A DNA stretch of 64,000 nucleotides from Candidatus Cloacimonadales bacterium (lineage in GTDB: Bacteria; Cloacimonadota; Cloacimonadia; Cloacimonadales; JAIOQZ01). The position numbers and the translations under genes are program-made. Below, piece by piece: positions 39,075 through 48,550 of this stretch (within the stretch, counting starts at the first letter, position 1; each line of letters opens with the position of its first letter). The notes beneath the pieces were generated by a model that was given only the letters and a program-made list of their open reading frames with translations, did not search any database and was not told where the DNA came from. The stretch lies in contig CAXXTU010000002.1 of assembly GCA_963662655.2 (NCBI GenBank), positions 1,312,001 through 1,376,000 of the forward strand. Reading direction: 5' to 3'.

Positions 39075-39812
39075 TCATCGTTTGATTCGCGTTGAATAGT
39101 TGATGTTCGCTCGATACTTGTCTACGGCGCCGTCGAGAGTCGTATCCAGATTGACGGCCTTGGACGCCGCGTCGAAGTGGTCCTTGAACACGCGATGGTA
39201 AAACTCGGCCTTCGTCCAGTACATCTCTCGGCCCATCGCATTTGCCAGATCGGTGTAGATCAGGTGCAAGGAGAGGTAGTCGCTGCAGATGTCGAATAAA
39301 TCGGGATTGGCAACAATATCCAGGAGGACTTTTCCGGAGGCTTCGTCCACGGAGTAACCCTGCGTCGAGAGAAGATTCTCCAACCTCCTGCCGATGATCT
39401 TCTTCGCCATGGCGATCTTGTCGAGCCAGTTGGCGCTAACCGTATAGGTTGCGTGAACGTCTGTTGAATCCAGCTCCGCATGGTTTCCGTTTCCCGAAAC
39501 GTCCAGAGCGGTCAACTCCACGCCCTCATCGCAGTGATACTCGGCGATCCTCGTTCCGTCAATATCGTAGCCGATGATCTTGAAGATAAATGTCTTCTCG
39601 GGCAATACCCAGATTTCATCGACATCCACCGATCTCATACTTCCCACCGGATTGAACCACTCGATACGTCTGATCTCGGGAGGAAAATAGAGCCTGTGCC
39701 CTGTGGAACCGCTGTAGCATTGGTGAACCGATCCCCCGGCAAGGATGTTTACTTCCGCATCGATTCGGGCAATTGAACTGGGCGTCGATAGAACAACGTT
39801 TTCCCAAGCCAT
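39075..39812 (-). CDS. Putative head-tail adaptor protein
   Basis: Position after capsid and cement; helical C-terminal half ending ..KAEFYHRVF. Confidence 0.5.
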   Translation of the reverse strand: MAWENVVLSTPSSIARIDAEVNILAGGSVHQCYSGSTGHRLYFPPEIRRIEWFNPVGSMRSVDVDEIWVLPEKTFIFKIIGYDIDGTRIAEYHCDEGVELTALDVSGNGNHAELDSTDVHATYTVSANWLDKIAMAKKIIGRRLENLLSTQGYSVDEASGKVLLDIVANPDLFDICSDYLSLHLIYTDLANAMGREMYWTKAEFYHRVFKDHFDAASKAVNLDTTLDGAVDKYRANINYSTRIKR

Positions 39813-39833
39813 AGATGATCTCCTTTTGATTGC

Positions 39834-39855
39834 GGGGAGAGGTTTCCCTCTCCCC
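39834..39855 (-). promoter_or_regulatory. GNRA-capped hairpin after the capsid/cement genes (attenuator or mRNA stabiliser)
   Basis: GGGGAGAGG-GAAA-CCTCTCCCC, perfect 9-bp stem, no U tract. Confidence 0.6.
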
Positions 39856-39863
39856 CGATTTCA

Positions 39864-40319
39864 CTATGCGAGTGTGTGCAGAAACGCGTCGATTTTCTGC
39901 GCTGAATTGCTGGTCGTGGTCGTGTAATGAAGCTGCACGTAGGGGCGGTCTCGCAGCAATCCTTCAGGGATTGCGATGGCAGTGATGAGATCGCCGGCGC
40001 TGAAGGAAATCGCTCCATGGGTTGTATCTTTATACAAGAGATGGAAGCAGGCATTATTCAGCCAGCCGTTGGCGCTGTTCTTGAATGGAGGTGCGGCGCT
40101 GGCTGCATTTGCCGTTGCGGAGCATTCCAACTCGATTAGCAACACCTCGTCCGTCGCAATGGTTATCGCCGTGTTCGCGTATACGCGCAGCTCGACAATC
40201 CCTCCGCTGTCTCCCGCATAGCAGATATTGGTCGAGTCCATACCCGTTCCGTCGAATACGGCCTGGGCGTCCGAAAGCTTCATGTCCTCTTCTACAAGGT
40301 ATCCGTAAAATTTGCTCAT
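39864..40319 (-). CDS. Capsid cement/decoration protein (BPP-1 Bbp16-like)
   Basis: LSDAQAV..STN, AGDLITAIAIP..RPYVQLHYT..KIDAFL; directly after the major capsid gene. Confidence 0.65.
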   Translation of the reverse strand: MSKFYGYLVEEDMKLSDAQAVFDGTGMDSTNICYAGDSGGIVELRVYANTAITIATDEVLLIELECSATANAASAAPPFKNSANGWLNNACFHLLYKDTTHGAISFSAGDLITAIAIPEGLLRDRPYVQLHYTTTTSNSAQKIDAFLHTLA

Positions 40320-40328
40320 GGCTTGCTC

Positions 40329-41288
40329 CTAAATGGTTTCACTGGACGAGATGTTTTCTTCCAGAACAACAGGAATTCCATTCCAGCGTTCGATCAGCTT
40401 GTTGTAATCGGTATCCGCGCTCGAAACCTGCATTTTGCTTTCTTTGAGTTCCCAAAGCAGCCTGCGGCCGGTTCGATTGCAGTAGATGAATGTGTCACTC
40501 ACGCTTCCGCGAACCATGTCAATCAACTTGTCCATGTTGCCGGAAGTAGGCTTCTTCCCTGTCGCATCCTGGATGGAAACGTAAGCCGCGACGTTATCGG
40601 TTGTCGCGACAAGCAATCCCATGTAGGCTTCGTATAGGGCCTGATATACGGGCTTCACGGCGCCGGTTGAAGTATTGACGACAACCATCACCGGAGTTCC
40701 GTTGTTCAACGGGCGCACCGTTATCAGATGACCTTCCGCGAAGGCGTTCTCGTTGAAGAGACCGCAGCATGTGCCGGGTTTCCAGCGCACGGCGAGGATT
40801 GTGGTCCTGCTTCCCGAAGCTCCGGTCGCGTCGATAGTATTGCTGTTTGCGACAGCGTGCTGGCGGAGACCGGTGAATCCCTCCTCGTTGCCGAGAGATG
40901 TGTCGGTTCCGTAAACAAGCTGGCGCGCCGCCGTCTGGCCGAGTCCCTCGACAAACGAGGGAAGCTCATCGGCAAAGTACTTCTCCACGCCACCCGGGTA
41001 ACTCTCGCAGATCGCCTTGTCTTCCTGCTGGATGTCGGTGAGAATCTTGAGATCGGATTGTTGCACGATGTCCTCGGTGGTATGCGGAACGATGGAGCCG
41101 TTCACGGCACGGAAACCGCCGCCCGGGAGTTCCGGCTTGATTTTGAACTTGTGAAAGATGCCATGACTCGCCTTGATGAACGGCATGGTTGAGAGAATTC
41201 CGGATTCTCTGATCAGAGAATCGATGATCGATGTCTGGTTCGGTACGTTGTATGCCGCAGCCAGTTTCATGAGTGTTGCACTTGCCAT
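40329..41288 (-). CDS. Major capsid protein (HK97 fold, epsilon15 gp7/BPP-1 Bbp17-like)
   Basis: IIDSL..SGIL..MPF, LP..FRAVN, DKA, FVEGLGQ..LVYG..FTGL, IDATG, WNGIPV..I...E. Confidence 0.85.
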   Translation of the reverse strand: MASATLMKLAAAYNVPNQTSIIDSLIRESGILSTMPFIKASHGIFHKFKIKPELPGGGFRAVNGSIVPHTTEDIVQQSDLKILTDIQQEDKAICESYPGGVEKYFADELPSFVEGLGQTAARQLVYGTDTSLGNEEGFTGLRQHAVANSNTIDATGASGSRTTILAVRWKPGTCCGLFNENAFAEGHLITVRPLNNGTPVMVVVNTSTGAVKPVYQALYEAYMGLLVATTDNVAAYVSIQDATGKKPTSGNMDKLIDMVRGSVSDTFIYCNRTGRRLLWELKESKMQVSSADTDYNKLIERWNGIPVVLEENISSSETI

Positions 41289-41855
41289 TTATCCTCCAAA
41301 TGCCTTGAAAACTTCAGTTAAATCCGTCCGCTTGCAGGGCTTGATTCCCTGAATCGGGCGAGCGCTGTCGTAGGTTTGTTCTTTCTCGAAGTATCCTGCC
41401 TTGAGATACGGCTTGATCGTCTGCAAGTTGTGATTGATGTCATCGGGAGAAAGAGGTTCCGTATCCGTTCCGAACCGGAAATCATCCCGGATCCGAAGCA
41501 TCTTCATGTACCGGGGATCATCCTCCGGAACTTCAAAGAAACGCTCGTACTCCTCCCAACGCTTTCTCCTGGATTCCTGAACCTGAACCCTCAGACCCTC
41601 GAGTTCTTCCTGAAGCGCTTCGACGTTCAGGTCTTCGAATCCCTTGAGCTTCCGCTTGTAACCTTCGAGCTCCAACTGCAGCTCCCGGACCTCCTCACGA
41701 AGTTCGTTTCGCTGAGAAATGACTTCGTCGAAGCGTGATTTGGGTATCTGGTTTTCGCTGGAAGCTGTCTGGATTTCGTCGAGAACCAGTTGCAGATCGT
41801 TCAGCAGATCGTTGTTCTCAATGGCGTGTTTCGCCAGGATATCCGTTAATGTCAT
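41289..41855 (-). CDS. Putative capsid scaffolding protein
   Basis: IPKSRFDEV motif plus coiled coil, immediately upstream of the capsid gene; SD GGAGG. Confidence 0.75.
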   Translation of the reverse strand: MTLTDILAKHAIENNDLLNDLQLVLDEIQTASSENQIPKSRFDEVISQRNELREEVRELQLELEGYKRKLKGFEDLNVEALQEELEGLRVQVQESRRKRWEEYERFFEVPEDDPRYMKMLRIRDDFRFGTDTEPLSPDDINHNLQTIKPYLKAGYFEKEQTYDSARPIQGIKPCKRTDLTEVFKAFGG

Positions 41856-42099
41856 TGTCCCTCCATTTGCTATCGCTGTTTTGTCAGCGTGTATTGGCGT
41901 GTGATCCGTTCGATAGGCACAGCGGTGCCATTAGTCTTACGGCCAAGAACTAAAGGTGAACTTGAATAGTTTGAAACGAAGCGCTCAGTACAACGTGATC
42001 ATGGGAATGATTCGCTAGCTGAGTCGCGTAAGATGTCATCATTTTTTACGGTGCATGCCACCGGTTTCACAAATTTGTCCGAGCTACATACTCACCGGC

Positions 42100-42128
42100 A
42101 ATATATACGATACCTAAATAATTGTCAA
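42100..42128 (-). promoter_or_regulatory. Sigma70-like promoter for the virion module
   Basis: TTGACA (42128-42123), 17-nt spacer, TATATT (42105-42100). Confidence 0.7.
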
Positions 42129-42290
42129 GCAAAAAGTTATAAATTTATATCTCTTGTTATTTCTTAGATTTTCCTTTCCGAACAACAGTTACTTTTCGTT
42201 TCGTTTAACAAATCTAACCGCCGTACATGAACCTTTTTTTATTGACGTAAATGAATCCGTTCGTCTTTACATGCTTACAAAGGAGAAACG

Positions 42291-43832
42291 ATGTTCGGGA
42301 AAACTTTATCATACGCCATTCAGGGGATCGATGCCGATCTTGTGGCTGTCGAAGCAGATATCAAAGGGGGAATGAGCAAGTTCTCTATAGTCGGGCTTCC
42401 ATCCAATTCCGTCAAGGAGAGCCGTGATCGCGTTTCAGCGGCGATCAAGAACAGCGGATACAAGTTCTTTTCGTACAACTACACGGTCAATCTCGCGCCT
42501 GCCGATCTGCGCAAAGAAGGCGTATCCTTCGATTTACCCGTCGCGGTTGCGATTCTTGCCGCTTCGCATCAAATCAAATCCGAGCATCTTGAAGACACGG
42601 TAATCGTCGGAGAGCTTTCCCTAGATGGAGAAGTACGACCCGTTCGCGGGATCCTCCCCATCGCCATGAGCTGTAAACACGACAAGATAAAGAGGATTAT
42701 CGTGCCCCGTGAGAATGCGGAAGAAGCGGCCATTATCGACGAGCTAGAGGTGTATCCCGTCGATACATTGACCGACACCGTCGACTTTCTGCAGGACTTC
42801 CTCCAGATCGAGCCTGCGAAGGTCGATCGGGAGAAGATATTCTCCAACTTGAACATCAGCATGGTGGACATGTTCGATGTGAAAGGGCAATTCCATGTGA
42901 AGCGAGCTATGGAGATTGCCGCTGCCGGCGGTCACAACCTTCTGATGATTGGCCCTCCCGGATCGGGTAAAACCATGCTCGCGCGTCGCCTACCAACAGT
43001 TTTACCGGATTTGAGTCTCGAAGAAGCGCTTGAGACCACCAAGATTCACTCTGTTGCCGGCCTGATTGCAAACAACGGCAAAGGTGTCATATCGGAGCGA
43101 CCCTACCGCTCGCCGCACCACACGATTAGCGACATCGGCCTGATCGGCGGAGGAAGCTATCCCAAACCGGGCGAAGTATCGCTCGCGCACAACGGAGTGC
43201 TCTTCCTCGATGAGCTACCCGAGTTCAAGAAATCCGTTCTGGAAGTATTGCGTCAGCCGCTCGAAGACGGAGTCGTCAACATCACCCGCGCCACGCAGAG
43301 TCTCTCCTTTCCGGCGGAATTCATGATGGTGGCCTCGATGAACCCATGTCCATGCGGGTACTACGGCAACTCCATCCCGGGGCACACATGCTCATGCCCC
43401 ATGACAAGCATTCAGCGATACCGCTCCCGGATTTCCGGTCCGCTTCTCGATCGCATCGACATCCATATCGAAGTACCAGCGGTCAAATACGAAGAGCTGA
43501 GCTCTCTGCCGACCGGCGAGAAGTCCGACATGATCCGACAGAGAGTTAACAAGGCCCGAAACATACAGTTGAAGCGCTTCGAGGGCACCAGCGTTTTCTG
43601 CAACGCACAGATGAACTCGAAGATGATCCGCAAATATTGCGCGATCGACGATCAGGGAAAATTACTGCTGCGTAAAGCGGTCGACAGGCTGGGACTCTCC
43701 GCCAGGGCGTTCGATCGTATCCTTAAGGTTTCAAGAACCATTGCCGATATGGACGGTTCTGATCATATTAACAGTTCCCACCTCAGCGAAGCTGTCCAAT
43801 ACAGAAGCATGGACAGGAAATTTGTGGAATAA
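42291..43832 (+). CDS. comM: YifB/ComM Mg-chelatase-like AAA ATPase
   Basis: [71 protein letters not shown]. Confidence 0.95.
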   Translation: MFGKTLSYAIQGIDADLVAVEADIKGGMSKFSIVGLPSNSVKESRDRVSAAIKNSGYKFFSYNYTVNLAPADLRKEGVSFDLPVAVAILAASHQIKSEHLEDTVIVGELSLDGEVRPVRGILPIAMSCKHDKIKRIIVPRENAEEAAIIDELEVYPVDTLTDTVDFLQDFLQIEPAKVDREKIFSNLNISMVDMFDVKGQFHVKRAMEIAAAGGHNLLMIGPPGSGKTMLARRLPTVLPDLSLEEALETTKIHSVAGLIANNGKGVISERPYRSPHHTISDIGLIGGGSYPKPGEVSLAHNGVLFLDELPEFKKSVLEVLRQPLEDGVVNITRATQSLSFPAEFMMVASMNPCPCGYYGNSIPGHTCSCPMTSIQRYRSRISGPLLDRIDIHIEVPAVKYEELSSLPTGEKSDMIRQRVNKARNIQLKRFEGTSVFCNAQMNSKMIRKYCAIDDQGKLLLRKAVDRLGLSARAFDRILKVSRTIADMDGSDHINSSHLSEAVQYRSMDRKFVE

Positions 43833-43843
43833 GCTCCCACCCA

Positions 43844-44046
43844 GCGGCGGGACGGCGTTGAAAACTCATTCGCCCCGCGTTGATTCATGCAACACCGAAT
43901 TCTGAGAACCAATTATGAGGCATGAACCAGCGCGGGGCTTTCCATGAGTTTTCTGGGAACGATTTCCCGTACAACCATAATCCATTTCGTGGTTCATCAA
44001 GCGGGAAATCGTTTCGTGCGCGCAGCGCACAACGCCGTCCCGCCGC
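43844..44046 (+). repeat. Structured intergenic element, copy B (four-way junction)
   Basis: P1 43844-43859/44031-44046 (16 bp perfect); P2 43860-43869/43944-43953; P3 43956-43969/44002-44015; P4 GTGCGC-GCA-GCGCAC 44016-44030. Confidence 0.8.
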
Positions 44047-44140
44047 GGCAGCCGGTTGAGCAGACTCGAAGTTTCCGCTTCCCGAAGAAAAAGGTCGCAA
44101 GTAATACTTGCGACCTGAAGAAAGTGAGAGTTTTTGCAGC

Positions 44141-47100
44141 TTAGGGCTGGTCACTCACGACGATTTTGTAGAACAGCTTCGAATTAGCTCCGGGATCAAC
44201 CTGCAAGCTGCTGTCCTGCGTCGTGTACAGATAGGTTGTCTCGTCGCACGGGAAGTCGGGAGACTGCCCGGCATAGACCTTGTACCACACGCCGTTGAGC
44301 TCGCTGTAGCTGTTGCCTTCGAATGTTCCATTCGTCACAGCCGACCATTCCAGATTCACGTCGGAACCGTCCCTGCTGATCGTAACCATTCGAACGGCAT
44401 CCGGAGCGATGTTATCCACGGAGTAGCCGCTCATGGTGTCCGACGACCACAGACCTTCCGCCCGATGATGCATCACCATGAACGTTGCCTCGTTCGTGCC
44501 CGAAGCCGATGAATCGGCGAGCGTCGGAGCGTTGAAGATGTAGTAGTCGTTCATGATTGCCGGGACGGAAGCGATGTATGCCCAGTAGTAGTCATCGTAA
44601 CGAAGATAGAGTAGGTCTCTCGATTCCTCAGACGCAGCAATCAGCGTCTCGGGATTATCGAACACGACATAGCCGTTTGACCTAACAACTTCGTCCATGC
44701 GCCATACGCTGTAGTAAGCGCTGAAATCGTACGTGCTGTCAAAAGAGCTTCCTTTCCAAAGTAGCTGAACCTGGTGTCCCTGATCGCCGGGGATATCTTT
44801 GACATGCGCCATCGCCGGCGCCGATTGGTCGAAATAGGTGTATCCGATATCCGCTCTCGTACCATCCAGATCATTTTCAGTCAAAGGATTACCGTTATCA
44901 ATCAACGGCGACTTCGTCTCGTCTTCATCTGGATACGATGCCCAGGTTGGAGCATATGACGAATCCCATAACGGATCTGCATCTATGATGGATTCTTCGT
45001 TCACAGTAATGTTATTACCACTATACGAACCTCCATCGGGCAAAACGCAGTAGAAAACATTGGCCGATGTTGCACCGTTTCCAGCGCTTCGAATTAGTTT
45101 TGTACAGCTATCCCAAAATACCGTATTGTTAATTGAAATGTGAAGGATAGTGCCCACTTCGGGATACGCATATATTTCTGAGTCATAATAGGTAGCGTCA
45201 TTATCCGTTATGGTGCAATTATCGATAAATAACTCATCGTCCAAGCCTAGGAATATGATTGCTCCGGAATCCGAGCTGTTTCTTTCAAGCAAACAATGAT
45301 CGAGATGCAGATACGACCTGCTAGCACAAAAAACACCACCATAATTTACAGCGAAATTGTCGGCAAATCTGCAATCGGTGATAGAGGCCGAAGCTCTAAA
45401 TAATCCGATAGCTCCACCCTGGTGCCCCGACATGTTGTTCGAGAAATTGGAATTCGAGATTGTTACACTGTGGGATTCATTTAGCATAATGGCTGCTCCG
45501 TTTCCATATACAAAATCTTGATTTTGTAAATTCATCTCGGTAAAGCTACACCAATCGAATATACAATTTCCGGAATCATTTCCATCAACAACGACGTGGC
45601 CTGTCTTGATACCGGAGAATGTCGGTCCGAACGTGACAGGACTTTCTCTCGTTCCTTCTGCTTGGATATCGCCCAATACAGTCAGATCCCACTCACCGTT
45701 GAACTGAACGTCCACACCGGGCTCAATTATCAAAGATTGACCTTCAGGCACTGTGACAGGTCCTCCAATCTTGTATGGACTTCCGGCAATATCCCAAACG
45801 CCATATTCTTCACCCATCACATGCATCTCTTGTTCGTAAGCCTTCCAACCAACATCCGTTACCGTGTTATCCGCATCCGGCGAGAACTCCGGATCTCCGC
45901 CATCAATCAGCGGCGATCTGAAGGAATCATGATCCGGATATGAGCTCCATGAAGGGCCATAATCAATATCGAACAACGGATCCTTATTGAAGTTGTTCTC
46001 CAGTGTTTCAGCTCCGGTCGCACCGTGAATGGTTCCTCCCCCCTGAATATCGCAGTACTTTACCGTAAGATCCATGATACCCGCGCCTGTACAATAAACA
46101 TAGTACGTTTCGTTATCCCAAAATACGGAGTTGGTGATGCTCAAATCTATCGTACTGCTTGGCATTACAAGGATATCCGCAGAAATGGTCGGAGAATCGT
46201 TATAACTGATTGTGCAATGATCCATCGTGATTTCACCGGCAGATTCAAAACTAAGGGCTCCACCGTAAGACCCTATTCCACCGGCAAACAGGCAGTGATC
46301 GATTGAAACCGTTGAATTGTTTGTAGCAATCGACCCGCCATACATTGCAGAATTATTCTCAAACCGGCAGTTTGAAACCGTTCCGATTGAATTCATGAAA
46401 TAGAGTGCACCACCACGGTCACCGGCAGTATTGTTATAGAAAACACAATCGGTAAAATCCACTCCCATCATACTTTGCACACTAACGGCAGCGCCCTGAT
46501 TCCCATCACCCAAGCCATCGGGTGTTTCCAGGTTGAGGAAATAGCAATTGCTGAAAGTCGAGGTTACACCACTGTTGCTCGTTATAAAAATATGCCCAAC
46601 TTCGCTGCCAACAGTAGCAGGAGCGAAAGTTATAGGGTCATTCGACGTTCCATTGGCGAAAATCTCGCCTTGTGCTTCAATATTGTACTGACCATGATAA
46701 TAAACCGTTACGCCTTGCTCTATCGTTAGTGATTCCCCGGCTGGGATCAATAAGTTTTCCGTAACATTAACCGTCTGCCCGGCCGTCCATAAACCGTAAA
46801 CCATTGAAACATCTGCGTCAAGAAGCACATCATCAACACTGAAATAGTTGATATAATAAGAGTCGCCACTAAAGAAGAACCTGAATTGGAAATTCTGGGT
46901 ATCAACCAGAGAATTATCGATATCAAACGACATCTCAGTCGGTGCAATATGTGCGGAAGGAGACACGCTCCAGATCGTCGTCCACGTCTCGTCCGAACCG
47001 TAAATCATCAATCCAACAGTGTATTGGCCAATCCCATCGAAATGACTTACGTTGTATCTGAATGACAGCGTAATATCACGATAACTCGATGTATTGAAGC

Positions 47101-47338
47101 CCGGGCTTGTGAAATACTGGTCACCGGTTGTTTCCGGATTGTATGCAAACCTCGCTTCCGGAGCAGTTCCTCCGGCAAAGCTCGAGGCTCCCTGAACCCA
47201 GTTATCTCCATTGTTCGCTCCGCTTCTGGCCCACCCGCTTGGCGGAAACGTCCCCGAAAAATCCTGTACGTGAAGATTGGCTGCGCTTATGTTAACCGCA
47301 ACCAATAACAACAGCAATAAAAAATGATAGGTTTTCAT
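44141..47338 (-). CDS. Secreted protein with duplicated right-handed beta-helix modules and an FN3-like C-terminal domain
   Basis: Signal peptide; GGA[I/L] and FxxN repeats; two modules from LxIExGVxV to SPLIDxGxP..DxG. Confidence 0.75.
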   Translation of the reverse strand: MKTYHFLLLLLLVAVNISAANLHVQDFSGTFPPSGWARSGANNGDNWVQGASSFAGGTAPEARFAYNPETTGDQYFTSPGFNTSSYRDITLSFRYNVSHFDGIGQYTVGLMIYGSDETWTTIWSVSPSAHIAPTEMSFDIDNSLVDTQNFQFRFFFSGDSYYINYFSVDDVLLDADVSMVYGLWTAGQTVNVTENLLIPAGESLTIEQGVTVYYHGQYNIEAQGEIFANGTSNDPITFAPATVGSEVGHIFITSNSGVTSTFSNCYFLNLETPDGLGDGNQGAAVSVQSMMGVDFTDCVFYNNTAGDRGGALYFMNSIGTVSNCRFENNSAMYGGSIATNNSTVSIDHCLFAGGIGSYGGALSFESAGEITMDHCTISYNDSPTISADILVMPSSTIDLSITNSVFWDNETYYVYCTGAGIMDLTVKYCDIQGGGTIHGATGAETLENNFNKDPLFDIDYGPSWSSYPDHDSFRSPLIDGGDPEFSPDADNTVTDVGWKAYEQEMHVMGEEYGVWDIAGSPYKIGGPVTVPEGQSLIIEPGVDVQFNGEWDLTVLGDIQAEGTRESPVTFGPTFSGIKTGHVVVDGNDSGNCIFDWCSFTEMNLQNQDFVYGNGAAIMLNESHSVTISNSNFSNNMSGHQGGAIGLFRASASITDCRFADNFAVNYGGVFCASRSYLHLDHCLLERNSSDSGAIIFLGLDDELFIDNCTITDNDATYYDSEIYAYPEVGTILHISINNTVFWDSCTKLIRSAGNGATSANVFYCVLPDGGSYSGNNITVNEESIIDADPLWDSSYAPTWASYPDEDETKSPLIDNGNPLTENDLDGTRADIGYTYFDQSAPAMAHVKDIPGDQGHQVQLLWKGSSFDSTYDFSAYYSVWRMDEVVRSNGYVVFDNPETLIAASEESRDLLYLRYDDYYWAYIASVPAIMNDYYIFNAPTLADSSASGTNEATFMVMHHRAEGLWSSDTMSGYSVDNIAPDAVRMVTISRDGSDVNLEWSAVTNGTFEGNSYSELNGVWYKVYAGQSPDFPCDETTYLYTTQDSSLQVDPGANSKLFYKIVVSDQP

Positions 47339-47717
47339 CCATCTCCCCTCTTGTTATTTTTTTTCTCTGCTCTTACATCTGAACATCCTGAGCTGAATTC
47401 CCCTGCTCTTCAGATGCACATCGTTCCCATTTTACCACGAAAAACTATATTGGTAAAGTGAATTAATTTCATCGCTGTTCTTTTTTTCGCTTCAAGAGCT
47501 AAGTACACTGTTCTTTCTCTCCGATTGTTAGTTTTATCTTGACGCAATTACCCTGAAACGCGCTTTTGCAGACGTAACAATCGTTATCTTGCGTTCCTAT
47601 AATGAATTATGGAGACGCTTCCTGAGCTTTTCGTTGGTGTTTTCGTGGAAAATTGTGAATGCGGATTTCCCGAAATCAAACGAAGAACCCGCAAAGAATC
47701 GATATGAAAGTTTTTTT

Positions 47718-48449
47718 TTATTTCTTGAATGCCTGAACGATCCCGCGCATAATCTCGGCGGCAGATCCCTTGAGAAAAATATCCGTTATGGATCGGGAGA
47801 AAGCGGAGCGTTCCGTGTTGATCTCGATGATCTTCGCTCCGTTCTCTTTCGCGAGGTACGGAACCATGCAGGCAGGCATCACCTGCCCCGTTGTTCCGAC
47901 GACGAGCATTACATCGGCCAAAGCCGCCTGCTCAAAGGCTTCGTCTCGTGCCTCGTCCGGAATCGGCTCCCCGAAGAAAACGAAATCCGGCTTGAGAAGT
48001 CCGCCGCAATTTCCGCAACTCGGCGGCAGCATATCGAGGTTAACCGTCGATGCTGCAAAGCGCTCCTTGCACTTCAGGCAAATCATCTGCTGCGAATTCC
48101 CGTGGAACTCGATCACTTTCTTCGTCCCGGCGATCTGATGCAGATTGTCGATGTTCTGCGTAACTACGGTGTCGATCCCGACTTCCTTCAGCAGCAGATG
48201 AGCGTCGTTGGGCCGGGCGTCTCCGAATTTTTCAAAGAAGATCGTCTTGATCCACTCCCAGCTATCCTCGGGATTGTTCAGAAAATATCCAATCTCAAGA
48301 AAGGATGGATCGTAGCGATTCCACAAACCGTTTTTTCCACGAAACGGAGGTATACCGCTTTCGACCGATATACCCGCTCCGGTAAAGGCTATCGGGTGTT
48401 TTGCATTCTTGAGAATTTGGGCGGCTTCCGTCACTTTATCTGATGGCAT
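47718..48449 (-). CDS. cobB: NAD-dependent protein deacylase (sirtuin)
   Basis: TGAGISVESGIPPFRG, TQNIDNLHQ, FHGN, CxxC..CxxC, KPDFVFFGE. Confidence 0.93.
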   Translation of the reverse strand: MPSDKVTEAAQILKNAKHPIAFTGAGISVESGIPPFRGKNGLWNRYDPSFLEIGYFLNNPEDSWEWIKTIFFEKFGDARPNDAHLLLKEVGIDTVVTQNIDNLHQIAGTKKVIEFHGNSQQMICLKCKERFAASTVNLDMLPPSCGNCGGLLKPDFVFFGEPIPDEARDEAFEQAALADVMLVVGTTGQVMPACMVPYLAKENGAKIIEINTERSAFSRSITDIFLKGSAAEIMRGIVQAFKK

Positions 48450-48550
48450 CGGGACTCCATTTTCATGTTTTTGTTTACAAAAAAAATTTACTTCTCAGAA
48501 TTGTTAAGCTTTTATTCTATAAAAATCTGGTGGAGAGAAGTGACCCTAAA

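Larger units (their letters stand above)
33012..41855 (-). mobile_element. Phage-derived virion and lysis module lacking packaging, integration and replication genes (GTA-like or domesticated prophage)
   Basis: About 13 contiguous co-oriented head, tail and lysis genes between pstS and comM; no terminase, portal or integrase inside or next to it. Confidence 0.8.

Noticed and set aside
40329..41288. Capsid gene as an encapsulin nanocompartment
   Set aside because: It is flanked by scaffold, cement, tail and lysis genes, with no cargo enzyme
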